Positions 31,123 to 39,617 of a DNA stretch of 64,000 nucleotides are shown piece after piece. Positions within the stretch are counted from its first letter, which is position 1. Every line of letters begins with the position of its first letter. The position numbers and the translations under genes were made by a program. The DNA lies in NCBI GenBank assembly GCA_963730185.1, contig CAVSQW010000015.1, positions 256,001-320,000 of the forward strand, given 5' to 3'. This DNA is from an uncultured Gemmatimonadales bacterium (GTDB taxonomy: Bacteria; Gemmatimonadota; Gemmatimonadetes; Gemmatimonadales; GWC2-71-9). The notes beneath the pieces are model-generated. The model was not told the DNA's origin. It made no database searches and worked only from the letters and a program-made list of their open reading frames with translations.

Positions 31123-31665
31123 TGAATCGCTCGACTTGGGTCTTGCTGGTCCTCTGCCCCTGTGGCACCGGTTCCGTCGCGGTCGCCCAGGGCGGACCGT
31201 CCCCGGGTCGGCGCCCGGTCGCTCCGCCCGCGCTGGTGCTGGGAGCCGGCCCGGGGACCGTCAGCGGCGGCGATCTGGAGGCGACCGGCCGGCTGGCCGT
31301 CGAACAGCCCTGGGGGGCGTCTGGCGGCTCCGTCTGTCCGGCGAGGCCTGGGTCGGGTCCGGCGATTGTGTCTCTGGCTTGGAGCCTAGGTGCCCTGCAG
31401 GAATACCAGGTCGGGATGGGCGATCCGCGCCGGTGCGGGTAGCGCGGGCTTGGGGGGGCGGCTCCCGGCCACGCCCGTCGTCGGGGTGGCTCGACGGGAG
31501 GGGGTGGCGCCGCCGATGGCGGGGATCGTTCTGGGGTGTGACGCCGGACCCAAGGCTGGGTTGGGTCTTCGGGTGGAGGCGAGCTACCAGCGGCTGTTCG
31601 GCGCTCTCCGCGCCGATCGGGTGAGCCTGCTCCTGGGGGGCAGGGTAGCGCTCGGCGGCGCTTAG
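31122..31665 (+). pseudogene. Fragmented hypothetical exported (beta-strand-rich) protein
   Basis: ATG overlaps the subtilase stop; protein-like text continues across three frames (one switch at the G6 run near 31312) and ends LRVEASYQRLF...VSLLLGGRVAL. Confidence 0.35.
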
Positions 31666-31752
31666 GCGAAGCCCGCGTCGCCTCGGGGGAGCCCCCCGGC
31701 CCACAGCCCCACAACGGTCCGGCCGGTGGCCGGCTGGGTGTCGGGGTCCGGG

Positions 31753-33144
31753 TTAGACCACGTCCGTGGCGGTCGACTGGCCGACGGAGGTTGGACCTTC
31801 CCTCTGGAAGCCCGGACGGCCCATCGCCGCGAACGTGAGCCGCTTGCCGAGCTCCACGCCGGGCTGGTCGAACGGGTTGACGCCGTACCAGATGCCGGCG
31901 TACCCCGTGGCAATCTGGAAGAACATGATCAGCTCACCGAGGGTCTCGGCGTTGAGTTCGGGGACCTCGAGCAGGGTGCTCATCCGGCCCATCCGCGCCA
32001 GGGCGGAGGCGGTGGCCTCCTGCTCGGCGTTGAGCAGCTCGCCGAGCGAGTGGCCCTGGAGGTAGGCCAGTTCCTCCGGGAGGCCGCCCCGGTGGGGAAT
32101 CCGCACGTCGGCGCCGGGGTCCTCGATCCGGACGAAGGTCACCACCTTGTCGAACGGGCCCTCCATGAAGAGCTGGACCTGGCTGTGCTGGTCGGTGGCG
32201 CCGACCGCCGGGAGCGGGGTGGGGCCGGCGTTGATCGGCTGGTTTCGCCGGTCGACCCGCTTACCCAGGCTTTCGGCCCAGAGCTGGCCGAACCAGTGGG
32301 CGAACTCCCGGAGCCGGTCGCTGTAGGGCATCAGGACGTGGATCCGGGCGCTGAGCCAGGCGTCGGCGGCCCAGAGGAGGGCCGAATACAGGGCGGCGGG
32401 GTTCTTCTTCAGGTCGGCCGATTCGGCGCGCTGGAGGGCCCTCCTGGCCCCGGCGAGGAGCCCCTCGATGTCGATCCCCACCAGCGCGGCGGGGAGCAGC
32501 CCCACCGGAGTGAGGACGCTGAACCGCCCCCCCACGCCCGGCGGCACCTCGAGGGCGGCGATGCCTTCCCGTTCGGCCAACTCGCGGAGCGGGCCCTTGG
32601 CGGGATCGGTGGTAAAGGCCAGGTGGCGCACGGCGGCGTCGGGCCCGAGGGCCTGGTCGAGCCAGGCTCGAACCACCAGGTACTGGGCCAAGGTCTCGGC
32701 CGTGCCGCCGGACTTGCTGATGACGTTGACGAGAACCCGGCGGGGATCGATCCGGGCGAGGGCGGCGGCCATCGAGGAGGGGTCGACGTTCTCGAGCACG
32801 GTGATCCGGGGGTAGTACTCGCGACCCTCGTCGTCGAGCTCGTTCCAGGCCGGGGGCCTGAGCGCGTTGACCAGGGCCTTGGTGCCCAGGGCCGAGCCGC
32901 CGATCCCGAGCACCAGGGCGTGGTCATAGGCCTGGCCCACGCCCTCGGCGAAGCGATTGATCGCCTGGACCGTCTCTTCCTGGTGGCCGAGGTCGTAGAA
33001 GCCGTACTCGCCCTCGCGCCGTCGGCTCTCCACCTCGGCGTGGACGGCGGGAAAGCGCTTGACCAGGTCGTCGAGGCGGGCGCGGGGCAGGCCGTGCTGG
33101 CCATCGAGCTGGTCGCTGAGCATCCGTCCGTAGAACAGCTTCAT
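31753..33144 (-). CDS. pgi: Glucose-6-phosphate isomerase
   Basis: LGIGGSALG, ISKSGGTAET, VGGRFSVL, QLWAESLGK, GATDQHS, NPFDQPGVELGK. Confidence 0.96.
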   Translation of the reverse strand: MKLFYGRMLSDQLDGQHGLPRARLDDLVKRFPAVHAEVESRRREGEYGFYDLGHQEETVQAINRFAEGVGQAYDHALVLGIGGSALGTKALVNALRPPAWNELDDEGREYYPRITVLENVDPSSMAAALARIDPRRVLVNVISKSGGTAETLAQYLVVRAWLDQALGPDAAVRHLAFTTDPAKGPLRELAEREGIAALEVPPGVGGRFSVLTPVGLLPAALVGIDIEGLLAGARRALQRAESADLKKNPAALYSALLWAADAWLSARIHVLMPYSDRLREFAHWFGQLWAESLGKRVDRRNQPINAGPTPLPAVGATDQHSQVQLFMEGPFDKVVTFVRIEDPGADVRIPHRGGLPEELAYLQGHSLGELLNAEQEATASALARMGRMSTLLEVPELNAETLGELIMFFQIATGYAGIWYGVNPFDQPGVELGKRLTFAAMGRPGFQREGPTSVGQSTATDVV

Positions 33145-33920
33145 GGCGCGATCTCCACGCTGAGTCCGTCGTAGCCGGGCTCGATCCCTTTCGGGAGCTT
33201 GGCCGCCAGGTCGGCGTGCCCGGTCTCGTGCGTCAGATGGGTGAGCAGGGTGCGTCCGGCGCCGAGATCGGTTGCGGTCTCGATGGCGTCGGGGATGCTC
33301 AGGTGGGTCGGATGAGGCCGCCACCAGAGCGCGTTCAGAACCAGCACGTCGAGGCCGCGAAGCTGCTCGCGCGCCTCCGGTGGCACCGCCTTGACGTCGG
33401 TCAGGTACGCCATTCGCCCGATTCGGTAGCCCAGGACCGTCGATTGCCCGTGCTCGAAGGCGAGCGGCAGGATCTCGAGGCCGGCGGCCTGGAACGGTGT
33501 TCCCGGCTCGACGCTGGTGAGCGCCAGCCGGGGGGTCGAGGTGCCCGGCACGGGCACCATGCTCTCGTCGAAGATGTAGCGATAGGACGCCTGGAGGAAG
33601 CGGGCGGTCTCGCGATGGGCGAACACCGGGATCCGGCGCCGCTGGGTGAGCGAGAAGATTCGGAGGTCGTCGATCGCGGAGACGTGATCGGCGTGCTCGT
33701 GGGTGTAGAGCACCGCGTCGACCCGTCCCACGCCGGCGGCGATCAGCTGCATTCGCAGCTCGGGCGGGGTGTCGATCAGGAGGGTGCCGCCCTGATGCTG
33801 GATCAGCGCCCCGGTCCGGCTCCGGCGATCCCGGGGATCGGCGGAGGTGCAGACCGGGCAGGAACAGCCGATCTGGGGAACGCCGAACGAGGTGCCGGTA
33901 CCGAGGAGGGTGAGACGCAA
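33141..33920 (-). CDS. PhnP-like metallo-beta-lactamase-fold phosphodiesterase
   Basis: LGTGTSFGVP.IGC.C..C, LIDT, THEHADH, YLTD, HPTH, THLTH; TTG start inferred. Confidence 0.9.
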   Translation of the reverse strand: MRLTLLGTGTSFGVPQIGCSCPVCTSADPRDRRSRTGALIQHQGGTLLIDTPPELRMQLIAAGVGRVDAVLYTHEHADHVSAIDDLRIFSLTQRRRIPVFAHRETARFLQASYRYIFDESMVPVPGTSTPRLALTSVEPGTPFQAAGLEILPLAFEHGQSTVLGYRIGRMAYLTDVKAVPPEAREQLRGLDVLVLNALWWRPHPTHLSIPDAIETATDLGAGRTLLTHLTHETGHADLAAKLPKGIEPGYDGLSVEIAP

Positions 33921-33922
33921 CT

Positions 33923-34050
33923 TAGGGATTAGTGATTCGTGACTCGTGAATAGGGAGTGAGTGGTGAGTCGGGACTGAGGGGGGCGGGGCAGGGCCACTC
34001 CCGATCCGCTCCTCCCTCCCCAATCACCACTCCCGAGTCACTATTCACAA
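33923..34050. repeat. Heptamer array C (two inverted arms)
   Basis: + strand TAGGGAT TAGTGAT TCGTGAC TCGTGAA TAGGGAG TGAG TGGTGAG TCGGGAC; - strand TTGTGAA TAGTGAC TCGGGAG TGGTGAT TGGGGAG. Confidence 0.85.
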
Positions 34051-34052
34051 CG

Positions 34053-35490
34053 TCACACCGTTTCGATCTTCAAGAGGTTGGTCGTCCCCGGCTTGTCGAA
34101 GGGGACGCCGGCGGTGACCACGAAGCGATCGCCGGGCCAGGCGAGACCCTTCTTGACCAGGAGGTCGCGGGCCAGGGGGAGCATCGAGTCGTAGTCCGGC
34201 ATATGATCGCTCATGGCCGGGTTCACGCCCCAGAGCAGGGCCAGTCGGCGGAAGGTCTCGGGCTCGGGCGTCACCGCCAGGATCGGGACCGACGGGCGGT
34301 AGCGACGCGATGGTCCGCGCGGTGAAGCCGCTGGCCGTCAGACACACGATGGCCGGGACGTTGAGCAGGTCGGCCGCGGCGCACACCGCCACCGCGATCG
34401 CGTCTTCGGTCCGGGTGGTGACGTGCGGCTGGCTCAGCTGGAGGGCCGACGCCTGCCAGACCCGGGCATGGTCGTTGTCGCCCCGGCGGGCACTCTCCAC
34501 CTCGCGGGCGATCTGATCCATCGCGAGGACGGCTTCCATCGGGTAGGAGCCCACGGCGGTCTCGCCCGAGAGCATCACCGCGTCGGTGCCGTCCAGGATG
34601 GCGTTGGCCACGTCGGAGGCCTCGGCCCGGGTGGGCCGGGGGTTGTTGGTCATCGACTCCAGCATCTGGGTCGCGGTGATGACCGGCTTGCCGTGGCGGT
34701 TGGCCTCACGGATCAGCTTCTTCTGGACCAGGGGGACCTGCTCGAACGGAAGCTCGACCCCAAGATCCCCGCGGGCCACCATGATGGCGTCGGAGGTCTC
34801 GATGATCCCATCGAGATGATCGAGGGCCGTGTCCTTCTCGATCTTGGCGATCAGGCGCACGCTCTTGGGCACCAGCCGGCGGAGGCCCTCGATGTCCTGT
34901 GGTCGGCGGACGAAGCTGACCCCGATGTAGTCGACCCCGAGCGCGACGGCGCGGAGCGCCTCCTCGCGGTCTTTGGGGGTGAGCGCCGGGGCGCTCACCT
35001 CCACGCCGGGCAGGTTGATGCCCTTGTGCGACTTGAGGAGCCCGCCGTAGCGGACCACGCCCTGGACCTTGTCGCCCACCACGCCGGTGACGTCGACGGT
35101 CAGGAGTCCGTCGTTGAGGAGAATTCGCGAACCCGGTCGGACGTCGGCCGCGAGCTCGGCGTAGGTGGTCGGAATGTCGCCCTCGTCGGCGGCGCCTTCG
35201 GGCGCGAAGACCACCTGCTGGCCGAACTCGAGGGTGACCGGCTCCGGCAAGTCACCGACCCGGATCCGGGGTCCGTGCAGGTCCACCAGGATCGCGGAGG
35301 CCTTGTCGCGCCGTGACTGAACCTCCCGCAGCAGCTTGATCCAGTTGGCTCGGCCCTCCGGCGTTCCATGGGACGCGTTGATTCGGACCACGTCCACCCC
35401 GGCATCGAGCATCGCCTGTATCTGCTCCGGCTTCTCCCAGGCCGGACCCAACGTCGCCACGATCTTCGTTCGACGTATTTCTCTTGGCAA
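34053..35490 (-). CDS. pyk: Pyruvate kinase, one apparent +1 frameshift near 34302
   Basis: [53 protein letters not shown]; deleting one base restores [15 protein letters not shown] joined to LALLWGV...GTTNLLKI. Confidence 0.94.
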
Positions 35491-35619
35491 CTGACCCCCA
35501 AAATCGCAGTCGTGAGGAAGCCCTCAATGCTAATCGGATCGGACCCAAAACGCGCTCCCTCCGCCGTCGGAGAAGGCCGGTCAGACGGGGCAACGGTGTT
35601 GAAAACGGCCCTTCGCTGC

Positions 35620-35908
35620 GATCTTACATGTTAATTCATTGTTTCTAAATGAGTTATGGCGATTTTGACCACATCGTATCCACAACGGCGGGACGGGCCG
35701 GACAGGCTCAGGATAGGGGTAGAAATCAGGTGAGCACACTTGTGGATTGGCTTGTTTGTCCACAGGTGGAAACGGCGGCTCGCTGGGGTCAATGGGGCCA
35801 AGGCATTGTTCGACAAGGACATGCCTTCCGGGGTTCGAATCCACAAGACGCCGTCTTGACGCGATTCCTGTCCACAGCCCATGCACATAACGGCGTTATG
35901 TGGATAAC
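35620..35908. other. oriC: DnaA-box cluster with adjacent AT-rich patch: probable oriC
   Basis: Perfect TGTGGATAA 35899-35907; 1-mismatch GTATCCACA 35676 and TTGTCCACA 35756; 2-mismatch boxes at 35665, 35741, 35837, 35868; 35621-35657 is 29/37 A+T. Confidence 0.72.
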
Positions 35909-35966
35909 GAGTGGCGGGGCGGTTTCTGGGGGGCGGAGGAAATGATTCCTGATCGTGGCCGGCTTT

Positions 35967-35995
35967 TTGACTCGGGATATCGCCATTCGTAAATT
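35967..35995 (+). promoter_or_regulatory. sigma70-type promoter for the aldolase gene
   Basis: TTGACT-17 nt-TAAATT, 50 nt upstream of ATG 36045. Confidence 0.65.
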
Positions 35996-36044
35996 GGCCC
36001 CCGGTCTGGGGTCACGGAACTTCAAGCACCCGCGAGGCAACGTA

Positions 36045-37469
36045 ATGACGGTCGAGCTCCGGCAGATGATGATCGCGCGATTCAACGGTGCCGTGGCCCC
36101 GGCCGGCAAGGGGGTCGAAGTGCTGGACGCGGCTGCGCTCCAGGGCGCCTCGATGGATGAGCTGGTGTGGGACGCCGTCTTCGGCGGCGGCGACGAACGG
36201 GAGGCTGCCCGGTGGCTGCTCTGGGAGCTTGGCCAGGCCACGGGTGCCGCTCCGGCGTCGATCCACGAGCTCTACATGGCCCGAGGGCGAGGGGACTGCG
36301 GCGGCTTTACCGTGCCGGCGATGAACATCCGGATGATCGCCTACGACTCGGCCCGGGCCGTGTTCCGGGCGGCCCGGGCTACCGACGCTGGCGCGCTCCT
36401 GCTGGAGATCGCGCGGTCGGAAATCGCCTACACCGACCAGCGCCCGGCCGAATACGTATCGGTGCTGATCGGGGCGGCCCTTCGGGAGGGCTACCACCTT
36501 CCCCTGTTCATCCAGGGTGATCACTGCCAGGTCAGCCACAAGAAGTACCAGAGCGACCCGGAGGGCGAGGTGGGCGAGGTCAAGAAGCTGATCGCCGAGG
36601 AGATCGCGGCCGGCTTCTTCAACATCGACGTCGACACCTCCACCCTGGTAGACCTGTCGGAGCCCGACCTCGATCGCCAGCAGCGGCTCAACTACGACCG
36701 CGCCGCCGAGATCACCGCCTTCATCCGGCACCACGAGCCCGCCCAGGTCACGGTCTCGGTGGGAGCCGAGATTGGCGAGGTGGGGGCGAAGAACAGCACG
36801 GTCGAGGAGCTTCACGCCTTCATGCAGGGCTACGTCCGGGCGCTCGGCGCCCTGGGTCGCTCCTCGTTGACCGGGATCAGCAAGATCTCGGTTCAGACGG
36901 GCACCTCGCACGGCGGGGTGGTCTTGCCTGATGGGTCGATCGCGGACGTGAAGCTGGACCTGGCGGCCCTGGAAGCGCTGTCCCGGGTCGCCCGCCAGTC
37001 GTACGGGATGGCCGGGGCGGTCCAGCACGGCGCCAGCACGCTCCCCCAGGACGCCTTCGGGAACTTCCCCCGGATCGAGACGGCCGAGATCCACCTGGCG
37101 ACGAACTTTCAGAACATCGTGATGGACCACCCGAAGCTGCCGGCCGAGCTCCGGGCCCGGGTCTACGCCTGGCTCGAGGCGAATGCCACCGGCGACCGGA
37201 AGGATGGCGACACGCCGGAGCAGTTCTACTACCGGGCTCGGAAACGGGCGATCGGGCCGTTCAAGCGGGAGTTCTGGTCGCTCGCGCCGGAGATCCGGGC
37301 CGCGATCGCCGGGGATCTGGAGAGGACCTTCGTCTTCCTGTTCGAACAGCTTAAGGTAAAAGGGACGGCCGGGTTGGCCCGGCGGCACACGACGGTGGTG
37401 CCGCTCCACCACGAGGACGTGTCCCACCCGGCGGTGCGGGCCGCGGACGACGCGGACGCGGGCGAATGA
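36045..37469 (+). CDS. Class II fructose-bisphosphate aldolase family protein
   Basis: FTVPAMN, EIARSE, FIQGDH, NIDVD, GAEIGEVG, SVQTGTSHG, AVQHGASTLP, EIHLAT. Confidence 0.88.
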   Translation: MTVELRQMMIARFNGAVAPAGKGVEVLDAAALQGASMDELVWDAVFGGGDEREAARWLLWELGQATGAAPASIHELYMARGRGDCGGFTVPAMNIRMIAYDSARAVFRAARATDAGALLLEIARSEIAYTDQRPAEYVSVLIGAALREGYHLPLFIQGDHCQVSHKKYQSDPEGEVGEVKKLIAEEIAAGFFNIDVDTSTLVDLSEPDLDRQQRLNYDRAAEITAFIRHHEPAQVTVSVGAEIGEVGAKNSTVEELHAFMQGYVRALGALGRSSLTGISKISVQTGTSHGGVVLPDGSIADVKLDLAALEALSRVARQSYGMAGAVQHGASTLPQDAFGNFPRIETAEIHLATNFQNIVMDHPKLPAELRARVYAWLEANATGDRKDGDTPEQFYYRARKRAIGPFKREFWSLAPEIRAAIAGDLERTFVFLFEQLKVKGTAGLARRHTTVVPLHHEDVSHPAVRAADDADAGE

Positions 37470-37494
37470 CGGAGGTCGAACGAGAGGGGGGCGT

Positions 37495-37935
37495 GTGGCA
37501 CGGAACGACGATCGAGAAGTGGTGTTCGTGGAGCGCGAGGATGGTGGGTCGTCGCTCCGGTGGCTCCTGGTCGGCGCGGTGTTGGGGGCCGGGCTGGCGA
37601 TGCTCTTCGCGCCGCGGAGCGGGAAGGAGCTGCGCCGTGACCTGAAGGGCGGTGTCCGGCGGCTTCGTCAGGTGGCGAACGATGCCATCGACGAGATCAA
37701 GGACGAGTTCGGGGACGAGGAGCGGTCGGCCCGAGCGATGGCCGACAGCGGCGCCGCCTACGACGACGAAGATGAGGACGGGGACGAGGACGGGGAGGAG
37801 GCCGGCGAGGCTGAGCCCGAGCGCGAGGAGCGTCCGCACCTCCGGGCGGCGCGGGAGGAGCTCGAGCGCCGTCTGGCGGCGGCCCGGGCCCGGCGTCGTC
37901 GCTCGGTGCCCGACGACGAGGAACCGGTCGCCTGA
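37495..37935 (+). CDS. YtxH-domain protein
   Basis: LLVGAVLGAGLAMLFAPRSGKELR motif, acidic tail. Confidence 0.85.
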   Translation: MARNDDREVVFVEREDGGSSLRWLLVGAVLGAGLAMLFAPRSGKELRRDLKGGVRRLRQVANDAIDEIKDEFGDEERSARAMADSGAAYDDEDEDGDEDGEEAGEAEPEREERPHLRAAREELERRLAAARARRRRSVPDDEEPVA

Positions 37936-38858
37936 GCGACCTCCGATCGCCGGGTTGGGGGGGGTCGCTAGGCGGCTTCGTCCGGCGGACCTTGCAGGCC
38001 GCGGACGAGAACCGGATTTCCTTTCTGGCGAGCGCGCTCAGCTTCGACGCCCTCCTGGCGGCGGTGCCGCTCTTCCTGCTGATTCTGGCCGGGGTGTCTT
38101 GGCTGCTCGAGCACACCGGCGGGGGTGCGCTCCAACCCACGGTGCTCGTCGAGCGCTTCTTCCCGCCCCATAGGACCGCGCCGGGTCAGGATCCGTTCGA
38201 GGCGATCGAGACCTTTCTCGTCCAGCTGACCGACGCCGCCCGTCGCCTCTCCCTGGTGGCCATCCCGGCGTTCCTCTGGTTCAGCACCCGGATGTTCGCC
38301 GGGATCCGGATCGCGCTCAACGAGATCTACGACGTCCACGTGCGGCCCGTCCGGCGGCACTTCATCGCGGCCTACCTGCTGGGCAAGCTCCGGGATCTCG
38401 GGATGGTCCTGACCACCCTGCTCCTGTTCCTGGTGAACGCCGGGCTCAGCACCGGGCTCGCCGTGCTCGAGGCGCGAGGGGCCTCGGTGCCGGGGCTGTC
38501 GTTTTTCGTGACCAGGTTCGGGCAGATCGCCGGCCAGGCGGCCGCGTTCCTTTTCCTGGTGATCCTCTTCTACGCCGTGTACCGGTTCGCCTCGATGCGA
38601 CGCCCTCCCTGGCGCGCCCTGTTGGTCGCCTCGATCTTTTCGGGGGTCCTCTTCGAAGTGGCCAAGCGACTGTTCGGCCTTTATATCCGGAACGTGGTGA
38701 GCTTCCAGGGGTTCGCGGTCGACGTGAACGTCGGCGCCGTGATCCTGTTCGTGGTGTGGGTCTACTACTCGGCCCTGGTCTTCCTGCTCGGCGGGGTGGT
38801 GGCGGAGACCTGGGAGCTCAGGGAGCTCCAGCGGGAGCAGCGCACTGTTATCCAATGA
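37932..38858 (+). CDS. YihY/BrkB family membrane protein (start CTG 37932 or TTG 37992)
   Basis: ASALSF..LLAAVP, ALNEIY, YRF, FEVAKRLFGLY, WVYYSALVFLLG. Confidence 0.88.
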   Translation: MSDLRSPGWGGSLGGFVRRTLQAADENRISFLASALSFDALLAAVPLFLLILAGVSWLLEHTGGGALQPTVLVERFFPPHRTAPGQDPFEAIETFLVQLTDAARRLSLVAIPAFLWFSTRMFAGIRIALNEIYDVHVRPVRRHFIAAYLLGKLRDLGMVLTTLLLFLVNAGLSTGLAVLEARGASVPGLSFFVTRFGQIAGQAAAFLFLVILFYAVYRFASMRRPPWRALLVASIFSGVLFEVAKRLFGLYIRNVVSFQGFAVDVNVGAVILFVVWVYYSALVFLLGGVVAETWELRELQREQRTVIQ

Positions 38859-39012
38859 TAGGGAGTTGGGAGTCGTGACTAGGGAATAGGGAGGGAGTAG
38901 GGAGTAGGGAGTAGGGGAGTGAGTTGGGGTGAGTAGAGGCCGGTGGCCCCCTACTCCCTACTCCCCTATCCCTCCCTACTCCCAAGTCCCTAGTCCCTAG
39001 TCCCTAGTCCCT
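38859..39012. repeat. Heptamer array D (long inverted pair)
   Basis: TAGGGAG TTGGGAG TCGTGAC TAGGGAA TAGGGAGGGAG TAGGGAG TAGGGAG TAGGGGAG... then complementary arm CTACTCCCTACTCCCC...(GTCCCTA)x3. Confidence 0.9.
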
Positions 39013-39039
39013 CGTCTCGGCTCCCATTAAGTTCATCTC

Positions 39040-39136
39040 GCCCCAGGTCCGAAGGGTTCCGGCGCGCGAACCGCGTCAGGACCTTGCCGGTAGCAGCGCT
39101 AAGCGATGATCGGGATCGCTTCGGGTCGCCTGGGGC
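39040..39136 (+). ncRNA. ffs: Small bacterial SRP RNA (4.5S)
   Basis: Terminal pairing GCCCCAGG/CCTGGGGC; core GCGAACCGCG-TCAGG-ACC-loop-GGT-AGCAGC-GCTAAGCG; followed by a T tract; position upstream of dnaX is common for ffs. Confidence 0.88.
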
Positions 39137-39159
39137 ACTTTTCTTTTTCGGACCCCACC

Positions 39160-39426
39160 TCACAGTTGCCAGAGCGGCGTCTCCGGGGGGCCTTCCATCA
39201 TCGCGATGGTGGGGCCGAGGGGGCCGATGTCGCCCTGCGAGACGGTGGTGCAGGCGGTGAAGCCGGGGTTTGATTGCTGGACGGCCGCGCAGCTGCCGTC
39301 GGTGACGATCTCTTCCGTGCCGCCACCCTCGGTGGCGCAGCTGCACCGGGTACCCTTGAACGAGTTGCAGGCCGAGGTCGCCAGTGCCACCACCACGAGG
39401 GCGGGGCCGAGAACGGAGCGGGGCAT
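39160..39426 (-). CDS. Small Cys-rich lipoprotein (88 aa)
   Basis: GGAG RBS; signal peptide with lipobox LATSAC; four further Cys (CSC, C, C). Confidence 0.6.
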   Translation of the reverse strand: MPRSVLGPALVVVALATSACNSFKGTRCSCATEGGGTEEIVTDGSCAAVQQSNPGFTACTTVSQGDIGPLGPTIAMMEGPPETPLWQL

Positions 39427-39617
39427 CGCGGGAAACTCCAGACGTCCGGGTCGGGGTGCCGCCGGCGAGGCGGGCCATGGCCGAGCGGCCAACACCAGTC
39501 TGGGGATTGTAGAGCCCGGGCCTCGAGTGTCAAGCAACTCCGGTCGTCACCCGCGGACCAGTCGCTCGTGCTAGATTCCCCCTCCCCCGCACTCGAGCCC
39601 CGAGCCGACCGCCGACC

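Noticed and set aside
34290..34310. pyk frameshift as programmed recoding or a true pseudogene
   Set aside because: Single extra base, no slippery motif, both sides well conserved; other indels in the window make assembly error the simplest explanation.
35829..35845. GGGGTTCGAATCC looks like a tRNA T-loop
   Set aside because: The T-stem does not pair beyond 2 bp, there is no cloverleaf or CCA end, and it overlaps a DnaA-box-like 9-mer.
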